Both the position numbers and the translations under genes were made by a program. DNA of 64,000 bases, from the IMG/VR virus record IMGVR_UViG_3300045988_143931, positions 32,001 through 96,000 of that record; one strand, 5' to 3'. Positions 8,845 to 18,000 of the stretch are shown here, in pieces. Source of the stretch: a virus. Under the pieces are notes generated by a model. It saw only the letters and a program-made list of their open reading frames with translations, did not search any database and was not told the origin of the DNA. Each line of letters opens with the position of its first letter. Within the stretch, counting starts at the first letter, position 1.

Positions 8845-9276
8845 TTATTCGTACTTATTTCCAGTTGCAGTCGTAACTGAACTAATTGAAAATCCTAAAT
8901 GTTTACCAAAATCATTGATGAAATCAATCTGCCTCTTCTGAAAATCAATATCATAACAGATATTTGACTTCGCATATGTCAAAATCATCTCAAACAAAGT
9001 TTCAATAGATAAATCATCATTTTCATCATTCAACCATCCGTCACCAAAGTTTAAAGGACTTATGCAAGTTTCAGTCTGTACTACAAAATCATTACGCTCA
9101 TCTTTGTAAACACCGCATACATATACATCATCGTCATCATATTCACAATCAAATCTGAATATCTCTAATACACTTGGACAATCTTCTTTATAATCTGCAT
9201 GAACTAACCCATACTCAAAATTATCTGAGTCGATGAACTTTTTAATGTCTTCTAATGTAAAATCTTTATATCTCAT
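8845..9276 (-). CDS. hypothetical acidic protein (143 aa)
   Basis: ORF track. SD GGAGAA. Confidence 0.6.
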   Translation of the reverse strand: MRYKDFTLEDIKKFIDSDNFEYGLVHADYKEDCPSVLEIFRFDCEYDDDDVYVCGVYKDERNDFVVQTETCISPLNFGDGWLNDENDDLSIETLFEMILTYAKSNICYDIDFQKRQIDFINDFGKHLGFSISSVTTATGNKYE

Positions 9277-9280
9277 TTAG

Positions 9281-9541
9281 TTATTCTCCTCTTCGTATAA
9301 TTTCTCCATCTTTATTACATATCATTGCGTTTTCGCATACTTCTCGCATAACATATGGTAAATTATTTTCTTTAAAATATTCATTTGCCATATCAATGAA
9401 TTTATCTCGATTTTCATCAATATGGTTATGTGAATATTCATCCTCAAAATCCCATGTGTCTAAATACTTTGTCTCTATAAAATCATTATTTTCAATATCG
9501 TTTTTTAAATCTTCAAATACTTCATAGCAAATATCTAACAT
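9281..9541 (-). CDS. hypothetical acidic protein (86 aa)
   Basis: Start moved to MLDICYEV, which has SD GGAGGTG. Confidence 0.55.
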   Translation of the reverse strand: MLDICYEVFEDLKNDIENNDFIETKYLDTWDFEDEYSHNHIDENRDKFIDMANEYFKENNLPYVMREVCENAMICNKDGEIIRRGE

Positions 9542-9581
9542 TTCACACCTCCTGACCGAATGAAAGATTTCTTTCAATGTA

Positions 9582-9779
9582 TTATTTGAACTCTATCTTG
9601 TTCCTTTTTAATACTTTAACTGCCTTATCATAATCAGTTTCAGCTACTTTGATATTTTTCATCTTAGTTGGTTTTGGCTTAATCCAATGACGGCATTCAG
9701 TAATGTTTTCGTCATACCACATCAAACCGCTTTCACAATATTTATGCCATTGGCAGTCATTGTTACCACATTTACTCAT
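9582..9779 (-). CDS. hypothetical Cys-containing protein (65 aa)
   Basis: ORF track. SD AAGAGGA lies inside the end of the upstream MTase gene. Confidence 0.55.
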   Translation of the reverse strand: MSKCGNNDCQWHKYCESGLMWYDENITECRHWIKPKPTKMKNIKVAETDYDKAVKVLKRNKIEFK

Positions 9780-10635
9780 TTATGTATCCTCTTACTCTCT
9801 TGCTTCCAACCTCAAAAATATCCTTATCTTTCTCAAAACATATGTAATTCCTATTTGTATTCATAGCTGCGACTGCAGTTGTACAACTTCCTGCACATGA
9901 ATCAAGGACTAAATCGCCTGGATTTGTGTATGTCTTAATCATATACTCGCACAGTGCTAACGGTTTTTGTGTCGGATGCAGACACGATTTTTGTTTGTCG
10001 CTTGCAAAAGTCAGTACACTCCTTGGATAACGGTCGGTTTCACCGCCACCAGATAATTCTTTATTCATTCTTCCATAAATTTCTGTATTATTCTGTGTTT
10101 CTATATACTTTGTATATGAATGAATTGGTGTATGTCCTGTTGTTTTCTGTGGATGATATGTAGGAAGTTTTTTATAGAATATTAAGATGTTTTCATGTGC
10201 CTTCATAGGCATTTTTTTAGCATTTAGATGACCAGTAGCTTGTGTTTTTTCCCATATCCATTTATAACGCAACATACTGAGATTGGAAGCACCTAACACT
10301 TTATCAAAAGGTGTTTGTGCAAATAATGCAATACAACCATTGTCTTTAATAATTCGATTATAATGAGTCCATAAACCGTCTTTTTTATTCTCATAAAACC
10401 AATCTCTTGTATATTCAAGACTACTATTTGTTACTTGAGCCAACTTAAATAAATCTGTTTCATAGAAATATTGTCCTGATAACTCAACGTAATCATTTAA
10501 TGGTAAAACAGAATCCCATTTACAATGAGTTGTTCCATAAGGAAGATCCGTAAGTATAAAATCGACTGACTTATCATCAATCTTTTTCATACCTTCAAGG
10601 CAATCTTCGTTGTATATTTTGTTAATCTCTAACAT
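9772..10635 (-). CDS. beta-class amino DNA methyltransferase (N6-adenine or N4-cytosine)
   Basis: Motif IV DLPYG (FILTDLPYGT) sits near the N-terminus. SAM motif I LVLDSCAGSCTTAVAA sits near the C-terminus. This is the IV-then-I order of beta-class enzymes. Confidence 0.85.
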   Translation of the reverse strand: MLEINKIYNEDCLEGMKKIDDKSVDFILTDLPYGTTHCKWDSVLPLNDYVELSGQYFYETDLFKLAQVTNSSLEYTRDWFYENKKDGLWTHYNRIIKDNGCIALFAQTPFDKVLGASNLSMLRYKWIWEKTQATGHLNAKKMPMKAHENILIFYKKLPTYHPQKTTGHTPIHSYTKYIETQNNTEIYGRMNKELSGGGETDRYPRSVLTFASDKQKSCLHPTQKPLALCEYMIKTYTNPGDLVLDSCAGSCTTAVAAMNTNRNYICFEKDKDIFEVGSKRVRGYINE

Positions 10636-10705
10636 TTCTTACTCAGAGCAAATCCAGATTTAATGCTGCAGCAAATCTCTTGCTCCTTTCATTATTCTTA
10701 TTCTC

Positions 10706-11113
10706 TTAATAGATTTCTGTCCATTCACTAATTTCTACTTTATTATCAGGATAGCCAGATAAACTCCATTCATCGTCGTTATATACTACTTTCCACATAG
10801 CATTCTCTCCATGTGGATTACCTTTAATCTTGCCATAATATAATCCTGAACATGGTGGTAATTCTTCTTCTGTCTTTCTCCAAATTGGCTTCTCATATAC
10901 TTTGTTAATGTCATCTACTGCTTTTGCTAAATCTGTCGCAATTGTATTGAAATATCCTTTTTGTAAATCAATCATTTTTTCTAAATATTCTTTAGTATTA
11001 TTGTTCATTTCAAGTATGTAAGTATGATTAATTTTAAAATCAATTCCAAGCCCAATAAGTGCTCCTATACAAATTCCTAATAATCCAATTAATACTGTTA
11101 AATAAATATCCAT
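10706..11113 (-). CDS. membrane-anchored protein, possible DUF551-like C-terminus (135 aa)
   Basis: N-terminal TM helix LTVLIGLLGICIGALIGLGI. The C-terminal W...LPP...W pattern only loosely recalls DUF551. Confidence 0.55.
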   Translation of the reverse strand: MDIYLTVLIGLLGICIGALIGLGIDFKINHTYILEMNNNTKEYLEKMIDLQKGYFNTIATDLAKAVDDINKVYEKPIWRKTEEELPPCSGLYYGKIKGNPHGENAMWKVVYNDDEWSLSGYPDNKVEISEWTEIY

Positions 11114-11163
11114 ATCTTACCTCACTTTCTTATCATCCGAAGGAAACTTCGGTTTACTGTGGT

Positions 11164-11439
11164 TTATTTTCCATCATACAATTTAACTGTTCCATCTGAA
11201 TTGTAGATAGGAGTGATTGCCATTGAGTTGTTTCCATAAACACATAAATACATTACCTTTGTATTCTCGTCATAAGCAACTACACTTCCATCATTCTTAT
11301 CATAAATTTCATGCATTTTTATATATTTGTTATTAACATTTGAAAAATTACTATCTCCATCTTTAATATAAGCTCCACATCCAGTCAATCCAAAGCACAA
11401 TGTTAATCCTAATACAACCACTAAAATTTTCTTCTTCAT
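11164..11439 (-). CDS. lipoprotein (91 aa)
   Basis: Start moved to MKKKILVVVLGLTLCFGLTGC, which has SD GGAGAA. Signal peptide plus LTGC lipobox. Confidence 0.75.
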   Translation of the reverse strand: MKKKILVVVLGLTLCFGLTGCGAYIKDGDSNFSNVNNKYIKMHEIYDKNDGSVVAYDENTKVMYLCVYGNNSMAITPIYNSDGTVKLYDGK

Positions 11440-11452
11440 ATGATTTATTCTC

Positions 11453-11866
11453 CTATCTACCATACATAATATATTCATCACCAAGTTCAAGATTCATTTT
11501 GTAATTTCCATTGTTATAAACCTGAACTCTCATATTGTAAAATTTACTATCCTGCTCATGAGAATTTGGATCATAAGGATAACTAAAACCTGCTCTTGTT
11601 AGATGTCTAAGAACACGTCTCTCTGTTGTCGCACGACTACATCTTTCTTCAAAAGCTAATTGTCCATTGTCGAGATTTACCAAACTACAATATGTTGATG
11701 TACTGTCACCACCATATTTGTTTTTATTATCTCTGAACGAAATCACTAAATAAACACCTATTACATTGTTATTTTCTTTCTGCACTACGACTGCACCATT
11801 TGTTAATTTGATATTTCTGTCTAAGTCTACACAATCGCAAACTCCTTTAATACTAATATTCTGCAT
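11453..11866 (-). CDS. hypothetical protein (137 aa)
   Basis: ORF track. SD GAGGTG. Confidence 0.6.
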   Translation of the reverse strand: MQNISIKGVCDCVDLDRNIKLTNGAVVVQKENNNVIGVYLVISFRDNKNKYGGDSTSTYCSLVNLDNGQLAFEERCSRATTERRVLRHLTRAGFSYPYDPNSHEQDSKFYNMRVQVYNNGNYKMNLELGDEYIMYGR

Positions 11867-11897
11867 TTATTTACACCTCTTGTTATATTATTCTCTA

Positions 11898-12047
11898 TTA
11901 TTTCTGCCACCAATGTTTCTTTTTATTTTCTTTATAAACATTACAAACATTTGGATAATTACAACTTTTGGTTTCTTCATTGTAATATTCGCAAAAATAT
12001 CCATCTTCACAACCAATATCGCATTCCATTTCAGTATATATTCTCAT
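11898..12047 (-). CDS. small Cys-rich protein (49 aa), hand-called
   Basis: ATG 4 nt after GGAGGG. Product MRIYTEMECDIGCEDGYFCEYYNEETKSCNYPNVCNVYKENKKKHWWQK. Below the track size cutoff. Confidence 0.5.
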   Translation of the reverse strand: MRIYTEMECDIGCEDGYFCEYYNEETKSCNYPNVCNVYKENKKKHWWQK

Positions 12048-12081
12048 AAAACCCTCCTAAACTCCTCAAGAAATCTATGTT

Positions 12082-12246
12082 TCATTGGTTTTCTACATTT
12101 TTTAGCACATGCCATATTTTATTGACAGTATCGTTTTCATCATCATCGACCACCAAAAACCCTTTATTTTCAAGGGTTTCAACGACCTCTTTTGCTTCAC
12201 ATCCGTAATATGCCTTAATTTCAGCGATTTTCTTTAATTTTGCCAT
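12082..12246 (-). CDS. hypothetical protein (54 aa)
   Basis: Start moved to MAKLKKIAEIK, which has SD AAGAGG. The track's GTG start has no SD and overlaps the MTase. Confidence 0.5.
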   Translation of the reverse strand: MAKLKKIAEIKAYYGCEAKEVVETLENKGFLVVDDDENDTVNKIWHVLKNVENQ

Positions 12247-12325
12247 TTTTACCTCTTTTCTAACCCAATGAAATTCCGCTTTCTTGTGGTCTTGATTTTT
12301 ATACAATATATAGTATTTGTTAAAA

Positions 12326-13537
12326 TCATTTAACACTGTATATTGTTATTTGTTTTTTATGTAAATTTCCCGTATTAATTGCTTTATACAGTCTATTTAG
12401 TGCAACTTCAAATGCACCAATGCCAGAAAAGAAGCTACTCACCCTCAAGTTATCAAATAGATATGGCATAGCCGCATACAATTCAATTAAAGTGTAATAA
12501 ATAACTGCAACAACAATACTGTTTCCTGTCTGTTTATACATCTGATGATCACTAATTCCAGCTTCCTTACAAGCATAATAAGCAGAGTCATCAAAATCCA
12601 TCAATCTAAAGCATTCTAATGTTGTTAATTTCCTTAATACTTCGTCTTTTTCAATTTTAGGACAATTGCTATGACCTGCTGTATGTGTTTTCGAAATACC
12701 ATTAGGATCTAAAATTACACCATCTTGTGACGAATTTATCTTTCCTTTTACTAATATCTGTTTTGGTTGTTTGTATGTAGTAGCATCAATTGTTGACATA
12801 TATTCGTTAATGTCATATACCCAATGTCTACTATTTGTACCTTTGCCTGTTCCAACAGTTGTTCCAAGAACCTTATATTCATTCCCACATGGATATTTTT
12901 CACTTTTTTGACTCTCTTTAAATCGTTGGTAATACTCTTCAGATAAATAATACTTATTCTCTACTTCTGATTCTGGTTGCAATAAATCTTTCAATCTTAT
13001 ATCGCTATCAAAAGGTTTATGAAAATGAAACTTACCATTGTCAATATCTTTTCTAATACTTACAATTATTACTCGCTCTCTATTTTGAGGAACACCATAG
13101 TCCTTGGCATTAAGTACTTTCCAATACGAATTATATCCAGCTTGATCTAAATCTGATAAAACTGTCTCAAACTCCTTTTTAAATCTCTTACTAACCAAAT
13201 TCTTGACATTTTCTATAATAGAAAACTTTGGCTGCTTATATTTTAAAATTCTTATCCCTTCGTAATACATGCCACTTCTTGTTTTATTACCACTTTCATC
13301 TATAAATCCTTTTTGACTACCGGCAACTGAAATATCAGTACATGGAAAACCCCAGGTCATCAAATCAAAATCGTTTAATTTTGTTTCATCCACTCTTGTT
13401 ATGTCGCCTAAATTCAGTGACTCATCTACATTATGAATGGCACAATAGCTTTTTGTAGCATATTTATCGAACTCGCAGAAGTTCACTAACTTCCAGTTCT
13501 TCTCACAATAATTATTTTTTTCTTTATTCTCTGTCAA
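12326..13537 (-). CDS. DNA cytosine-5 methyltransferase with motif I relocated to the C-terminus (circular permutation)
   Basis: Motif order along the ORF is: II (NFCEFDKYA); IV (GFPCTDISVAG); VI (ENVKNL); VIII (QNRERV); IX (TLECFRLMDF); X (GNSIVV); then the FxGxG motif I (FFSGIGAFEVAL), 35 aa before the stop. TTG start after AAAGGA. Confidence 0.8.
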   Translation of the reverse strand: MTENKEKNNYCEKNWKLVNFCEFDKYATKSYCAIHNVDESLNLGDITRVDETKLNDFDLMTWGFPCTDISVAGSQKGFIDESGNKTRSGMYYEGIRILKYKQPKFSIIENVKNLVSKRFKKEFETVLSDLDQAGYNSYWKVLNAKDYGVPQNRERVIIVSIRKDIDNGKFHFHKPFDSDIRLKDLLQPESEVENKYYLSEEYYQRFKESQKSEKYPCGNEYKVLGTTVGTGKGTNSRHWVYDINEYMSTIDATTYKQPKQILVKGKINSSQDGVILDPNGISKTHTAGHSNCPKIEKDEVLRKLTTLECFRLMDFDDSAYYACKEAGISDHQMYKQTGNSIVVAVIYYTLIELYAAMPYLFDNLRVSSFFSGIGAFEVALNRLYKAINTGNLHKKQITIYSVK

Positions 13538-13725
13538 AATCCTTTAATCTACAGAGATTGCGCAATCATTTATACCTAGAATTTACTGTTAAATCCTTTC
13601 TTCTTAATATTATTTTGTTGTAAAATCACTCGAAAATGGGCACGTCTGCCTAATCAAATGAAAAAAATATTTCTTGTTACTTTTATTTGGAAAGTTTGGC
13701 TGATCAGCCATGAATAGAATTGCTT

Positions 13726-14019
13726 CTATATTAGATTATTCTCTGTTTGAAACTTCTTTAATTCATCTTGAATAATTTTCTGCATATCTTCTTTGTCAAA
13801 AGATATATTTGCAACTGGAATAATATTTGCATTTAGATTAGCATCACCAACAACGGCTTTATCAAATGCATCTAAAAACATTTCTGCGATTTCTTTTTCA
13901 TAAAACCCACACATTCCATCGCAGTTAATATCTGCAATTACTCTTGAAAAGAAATCTTTGAACTTATCAGCTATAAAATCTCGTTCATATTCTCTTGGAA
14001 TATCAATTGTTATTTTCAC
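13726..14019 (-). CDS. hypothetical protein (97 aa)
   Basis: GTG start 7 nt after GAGG. Tight spacing to the macrodomain gene. Confidence 0.55.
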   Translation of the reverse strand: MKITIDIPREYERDFIADKFKDFFSRVIADINCDGMCGFYEKEIAEMFLDAFDKAVVGDANLNANIIPVANISFDKEDMQKIIQDELKKFQTENNLI

Positions 14020-14023
14020 TCTC

Positions 14024-14467
14024 TCACCTCTTACATACTAAAATCTCAACATCCGTATCTGTAAAAACACTTTTTATCTGTTCTGAGACATCATTCCAGT
14101 TCAGCCTATCTAAACCACAACCAATTACAGGCATTGCAATCTTTTTAATATCGTTCTCTAAACAAATCTGTTTCATCTTTTCGAGCGCAAGTCTCATTGT
14201 GATAATTGTTGGCTTGTTGAAATATCTTTCTTTTGTAATAAGATTAAATACCTTACCTTCTAATAAGCAGTCGCCACTAATTCTCTTATGAGTGTACTGA
14301 TTAAGATAATCTGGATATTTTGACTGCAATTTTCTTTTCAAATCAAATCTTTTATTAAACTCAACTACAATTCCTTTACCCATTCCAAAATCAGCACTAA
14401 TACAATGTGCTAAATTGTAATCTTCTGAAACTGTAAACAAGTCTTTATTCTCTTCACTGTATGTCAT
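14024..14467 (-). CDS. macrodomain protein, TARG1/C6orf130-like (ADP-ribose hydrolase family)
   Basis: LAHCISADFGMGKGIVVEF and IAMPVIGCGLDRLNW closely mirror the TARG1-type macrodomain signature blocks. Size (147 aa) fits. Confidence 0.8.
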   Translation of the reverse strand: MTYSEENKDLFTVSEDYNLAHCISADFGMGKGIVVEFNKRFDLKRKLQSKYPDYLNQYTHKRISGDCLLEGKVFNLITKERYFNKPTIITMRLALEKMKQICLENDIKKIAMPVIGCGLDRLNWNDVSEQIKSVFTDTDVEILVCKR

Positions 14468-14477
14468 TTATTTCACC

Positions 14478-15032
14478 TCACTTATTCGTAATCATATCCA
14501 AAAACAACAACTCATCTTTCTTCAATGTAATATCATAATCTTTCCACTTTTCCATAAGCCCCCTTGTATCAAATCCATGTGGAACTACAATCGCAAACCC
14601 ATGCGGTGTCTTATGACAATTCATATCAATAAGTTTTATACCAGAAAAATGATTAATGTCTGATAAAAAATCTGCTACTAATTCTCTATTATCAGTATCA
14701 AAATCAAATAGCCATTTGCTCTCATCACGATTTTGTACCTGCTGTGCAACAGATGCTAATGTGCGATTTAACCGAGTCATACTTAGTTTATCTCTTAGCA
14801 GACGGATAACAAACTCCTTTCTGATTTTTTCTTCATTTCTTGAATTAACCGACCTATACAACCTTGTCTGTTCACCAGGAACTCCTTTAGCTGCAAAACT
14901 CTTAAAAGCTTCAATTACCTTGTCTTCATTCTCTTTATACTCAAGAATTGTTTTTGCTCGTTCCCTGAAATTTGGAATATCTTTGTTGTCCTTATTACGA
15001 GAACGAATCAGATATACATATAAGTTTGACAT
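14478..15032 (-). CDS. hypothetical protein (184 aa) coupled to the macrodomain gene
   Basis: Start moved to MSNLYVYL, which has SD GGAGAA. Notable motifs are RLYRSVNSR, WLFDFDTD and a duplicated PHGF. No family recognised. Confidence 0.6.
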   Translation of the reverse strand: MSNLYVYLIRSRNKDNKDIPNFRERAKTILEYKENEDKVIEAFKSFAAKGVPGEQTRLYRSVNSRNEEKIRKEFVIRLLRDKLSMTRLNRTLASVAQQVQNRDESKWLFDFDTDNRELVADFLSDINHFSGIKLIDMNCHKTPHGFAIVVPHGFDTRGLMEKWKDYDITLKKDELLFLDMITNK

Positions 15033-15045
15033 TGTATTATTCTCC

Positions 15046-15417
15046 TTAAATCCACCCAATATCTCTTGGTGTAATCTCAACATAACAATTTGGTTCACAT
15101 GATTTTCCAAAATTCACGCCAATGAAAATACTTGTGCCTCTCAATGACATTTCTGTACTTGAAATCTTACAAAATTTTGTAATATACCACGGCAATTTAT
15201 TCTTAATCCATGTCATTCTCATAGTGTTGCTTTCAGAAATTTTCTCATACAGTGAACACATTTCATTTTTCTTTGTTACATGTTCTTTTCTATCCTCAAT
15301 AATTTCATCCATACATTCCTGACGCATCTTGTAGTACTGTTCGTCAAGACTCTTTGACAATTCAGATAACGATGCCTGAATACTTTTTAATCGTTCATAA
15401 CTATTTCTATTTTTCAT
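15046..15417 (-). CDS. hypothetical protein (123 aa)
   Basis: ORF track. SD GGAGG. Confidence 0.6.
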   Translation of the reverse strand: MKNRNSYERLKSIQASLSELSKSLDEQYYKMRQECMDEIIEDRKEHVTKKNEMCSLYEKISESNTMRMTWIKNKLPWYITKFCKISSTEMSLRGTSIFIGVNFGKSCEPNCYVEITPRDIGWI

Positions 15418-15474
15418 GTCTTAACCTCCAAAATTTCATAAGAAATGTGCGTTTCTTTTTAATGTAAAATATAC

Positions 15475-15518
15475 ACCATATATAGTATATATTACTTATT
15501 TTTAATACTATATATGGT
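15475..15518 (-). promoter_or_regulatory. 14-bp perfect inverted repeat (hairpin or operator, possible AT-rich terminator)
   Basis: ACCATATATAGTAT (15475-15488) pairs with ATACTATATATGGT (15505-15518). On the minus strand it is followed by GTATATTTTAC. Confidence 0.4.
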
Positions 15519-15531
15519 ATATATGTAACAA

Positions 15532-15921
15532 TTACTCACTTAATTCTGCAAGTGCCTTATCCAGATCCTCATCAGACATGTTCTCAAGTGCTGCATCCTG
15601 TCTCTTAGCCTTGATTTCAAGCAATCTCTGTCTCATCTCAGTATTTTTCTTAGCGTCTTCTCTCTTCTTTTTCTCATCCAGCTTCACACCAACAATATAC
15701 TTGACAATTTCAATCTTGTTAGAAATCTCCTCATCTTCCTTTGACTTGGTATTCAGAAGACTTTCTTCCTCAAACTTCTTTGCTTCTGCATTGAGTGTCT
15801 TAAACACTGAGTCCAAATTTGTGAGAGATAAATCCCACAAATCAATTACGTTAATCATTCCTCTAAATGGGAACTGATAGTTTGCTCTTGTTGCATTGAT
15901 AAATAATTCATTGTTTGTCAT
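15532..15921 (-). CDS. hypothetical coiled-coil protein (129 aa)
   Basis: ORF track. SD GGAGA. Lys/Glu-rich helical C-terminal half. Confidence 0.6.
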   Translation of the reverse strand: MTNNELFINATRANYQFPFRGMINVIDLWDLSLTNLDSVFKTLNAEAKKFEEESLLNTKSKEDEEISNKIEIVKYIVGVKLDEKKKREDAKKNTEMRQRLLEIKAKRQDAALENMSDEDLDKALAELSE

Positions 15922-15942
15922 AATAGTAATCTCCTTTTCTAA

Positions 15943-18000
15943 TTAAAACTTAATCTTCATTACACGCTCTGTTGCACCCTTAACCTTAATAACTAAATCT
16001 GCTCTCTTTGTCATAGAGAATCCAATTCCTGAAAGCTGATCATCAGTATCCTCTACATGACACTTAGCACCTAATGCTTCAAATACTCTCTTGTGCTTCA
16101 TTAAATCATTGTCAAGGAACTCAAGATAGAATCCATTAGGACTTTCGTTATTCACACAATCCTTCAGGAAGAAGAATAAATGTCTATGACCAATTCCATC
16201 CTGCTCGTCAAAATAGTTTGGACTGTAACTAATTACTGATATAGGAACAAACTGATTTGTATTTACACCCCAAATTTCACGACTTGAAATAGATGAATTT
16301 CCTGCTAACTTCTCCTTAATTGAGAAGTTTCCATTCTCATCAAGTGTTACTTCTGCAACCTGAACCTTTTCATCAGTTCTCATTGACTTATCGTAATCAA
16401 ACTTGTAAATTTCTCCATTAAATTCAATCTCTGCTCTAAATCCATGCCTTACGCTTCCTGAATACTGATGTACAAAAAACTTATAAACACCTGGTTTCAT
16501 TCTTGACAAGTCTTCCCAAGTAATATTCTCTACTGCAACCTTTCCATCTGGATGAATAATATCAACGTCCAACTGACCACCCATTCTTGAAACACTTGGC
16601 TTTCTACAATTACTAAAGAAAATTTCATTCTTATCTGGCTCAATACAATGTGCATCAAGGTCGTAATTATCATGACCATCTTCATTCCACTGAATAGAAA
16701 ATCTGAGTACACCATCGACATTGCCGCCAGCAGCTTTTACATTCTGCTTCATATCAGAGTCAGTAATGTTTCCTGAATAAGCCCAAGATAATCCATTATT
16801 CCATTTGAACATTGTCTTAGCGTCTGGATTAACAGGTGCAATCATAGAAACAAAGTTCTTCTCATGTTTATTTTCTACAAAAGCTTCAATCTCCTTTGCA
16901 GTTGGAAGTACCTTATAAATGAAATCCTGTGCTGAAATCTCTTCAACTTTAGAAAACTTCTTAGGACTTACAGCAATATCCTTTTCCATCTGTCCAAAAA
17001 TATCATCTGCACCAACCATTCTTCTTGCAGCACTTTTATTTGAGAACAGTACATTATTTACAGTAATATCATTCAGATTAGCAAATCTTCTCTGCAATGA
17101 ATCCATATATCCAAGTTCTGTAATGGTCTTCTTTGCATCCTCAAGCATTTTCTTTGTAAAAATAGCCTTTGGTCTTTTATAGTTGCTCGGTGCTGTAATC
17201 TGTTCATACTTCTTAACTGCTGTGTCAAGATCCATATCCTCACTTACATTGATAAGAAGTGTTCCAATAGAATGATTTCTAATTCTACCGATAGCCATAC
17301 CTGCTGTTACTGATTTTTCCCAAGCATATAAGTCCTTTTCAGTATCAGAAGTCAGCTTATCATATTCCTTCTTATACTTCTTGAACTCTGTGAGTACGCC
17401 TTTCCACTCTTCGCCCTTGTAAAGTGTATTTGAATTGATAAGTTCAAAAATTGTATCAAGTGCTTCCATAGTAATCTCATCAAGAGAACGCTTAAATACA
17501 TTTCTTGTGTCTCTGAACTGTCCCTTAACTTCCTCATTTGAACAACTACTTCTATTTACGAACTTGCTTGGAAGCTCTAAGAATAAATGATCCCACTGAT
17601 GAGACTTTCCATTAATTTCCTCAAAGTTAAAATCTGTACCAATCTTAGGGAACTTAGTTGTATAAATATCTGTAACTGTATGCGTCTTTACAAAAGCGTC
17701 AAGTGCATCACATACTGGCTGATATGTTGTATCACCAAGATTCAGTTCCCAAATCGTATGAATCTGGTTGTCCTTGATAGTGACAGCAGAACCAATATTC
17801 TTGATAAACTGTCTACAACAACTGCAATCATGCTCTCTGTGCTCTCTGAAAATCTCATTTGTACCAGCAGGGAAGCTATCAAGATATGTATTCCATAATT
17901 CATCCTTATCTACATTTACCTCAAATAAATGTGTAGCCTCTTTCTGCATTTCATCGAAGTGCTTCTGTAAAGCCTTCTTAAACATCATAAATCCATCCAT
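15943..18000 (-). CDS. large conserved-looking protein of unknown function (685 aa)
   Basis: Longest ORF in the window. SD GAAGAGG. Has an HREHDCSCCRQF motif near the N-terminus and a beta-rich C-terminal domain (LRFSIQWNEDGHDNYDLDAHC...LDVDI). No family assigned. Confidence 0.7.
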   Translation of the reverse strand: MDGFMMFKKALQKHFDEMQKEATHLFEVNVDKDELWNTYLDSFPAGTNEIFREHREHDCSCCRQFIKNIGSAVTIKDNQIHTIWELNLGDTTYQPVCDALDAFVKTHTVTDIYTTKFPKIGTDFNFEEINGKSHQWDHLFLELPSKFVNRSSCSNEEVKGQFRDTRNVFKRSLDEITMEALDTIFELINSNTLYKGEEWKGVLTEFKKYKKEYDKLTSDTEKDLYAWEKSVTAGMAIGRIRNHSIGTLLINVSEDMDLDTAVKKYEQITAPSNYKRPKAIFTKKMLEDAKKTITELGYMDSLQRRFANLNDITVNNVLFSNKSAARRMVGADDIFGQMEKDIAVSPKKFSKVEEISAQDFIYKVLPTAKEIEAFVENKHEKNFVSMIAPVNPDAKTMFKWNNGLSWAYSGNITDSDMKQNVKAAGGNVDGVLRFSIQWNEDGHDNYDLDAHCIEPDKNEIFFSNCRKPSVSRMGGQLDVDIIHPDGKVAVENITWEDLSRMKPGVYKFFVHQYSGSVRHGFRAEIEFNGEIYKFDYDKSMRTDEKVQVAEVTLDENGNFSIKEKLAGNSSISSREIWGVNTNQFVPISVISYSPNYFDEQDGIGHRHLFFFLKDCVNNESPNGFYLEFLDNDLMKHKRVFEALGAKCHVEDTDDQLSGIGFSMTKRADLVIKVKGATERVMKIKF

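Noticed and set aside
13658-13717. 19-aa plus-strand ORF (MKKIFLVTFIWKVWLISHE) and the 14-bp palindrome TGGCTGATCAGCCA in the gap upstream of the permuted MTase.
   Set aside because: The ORF has no SD and is on the wrong strand. The palindrome has no loop and no U-tract, so I cannot assign it a function beyond noting it.
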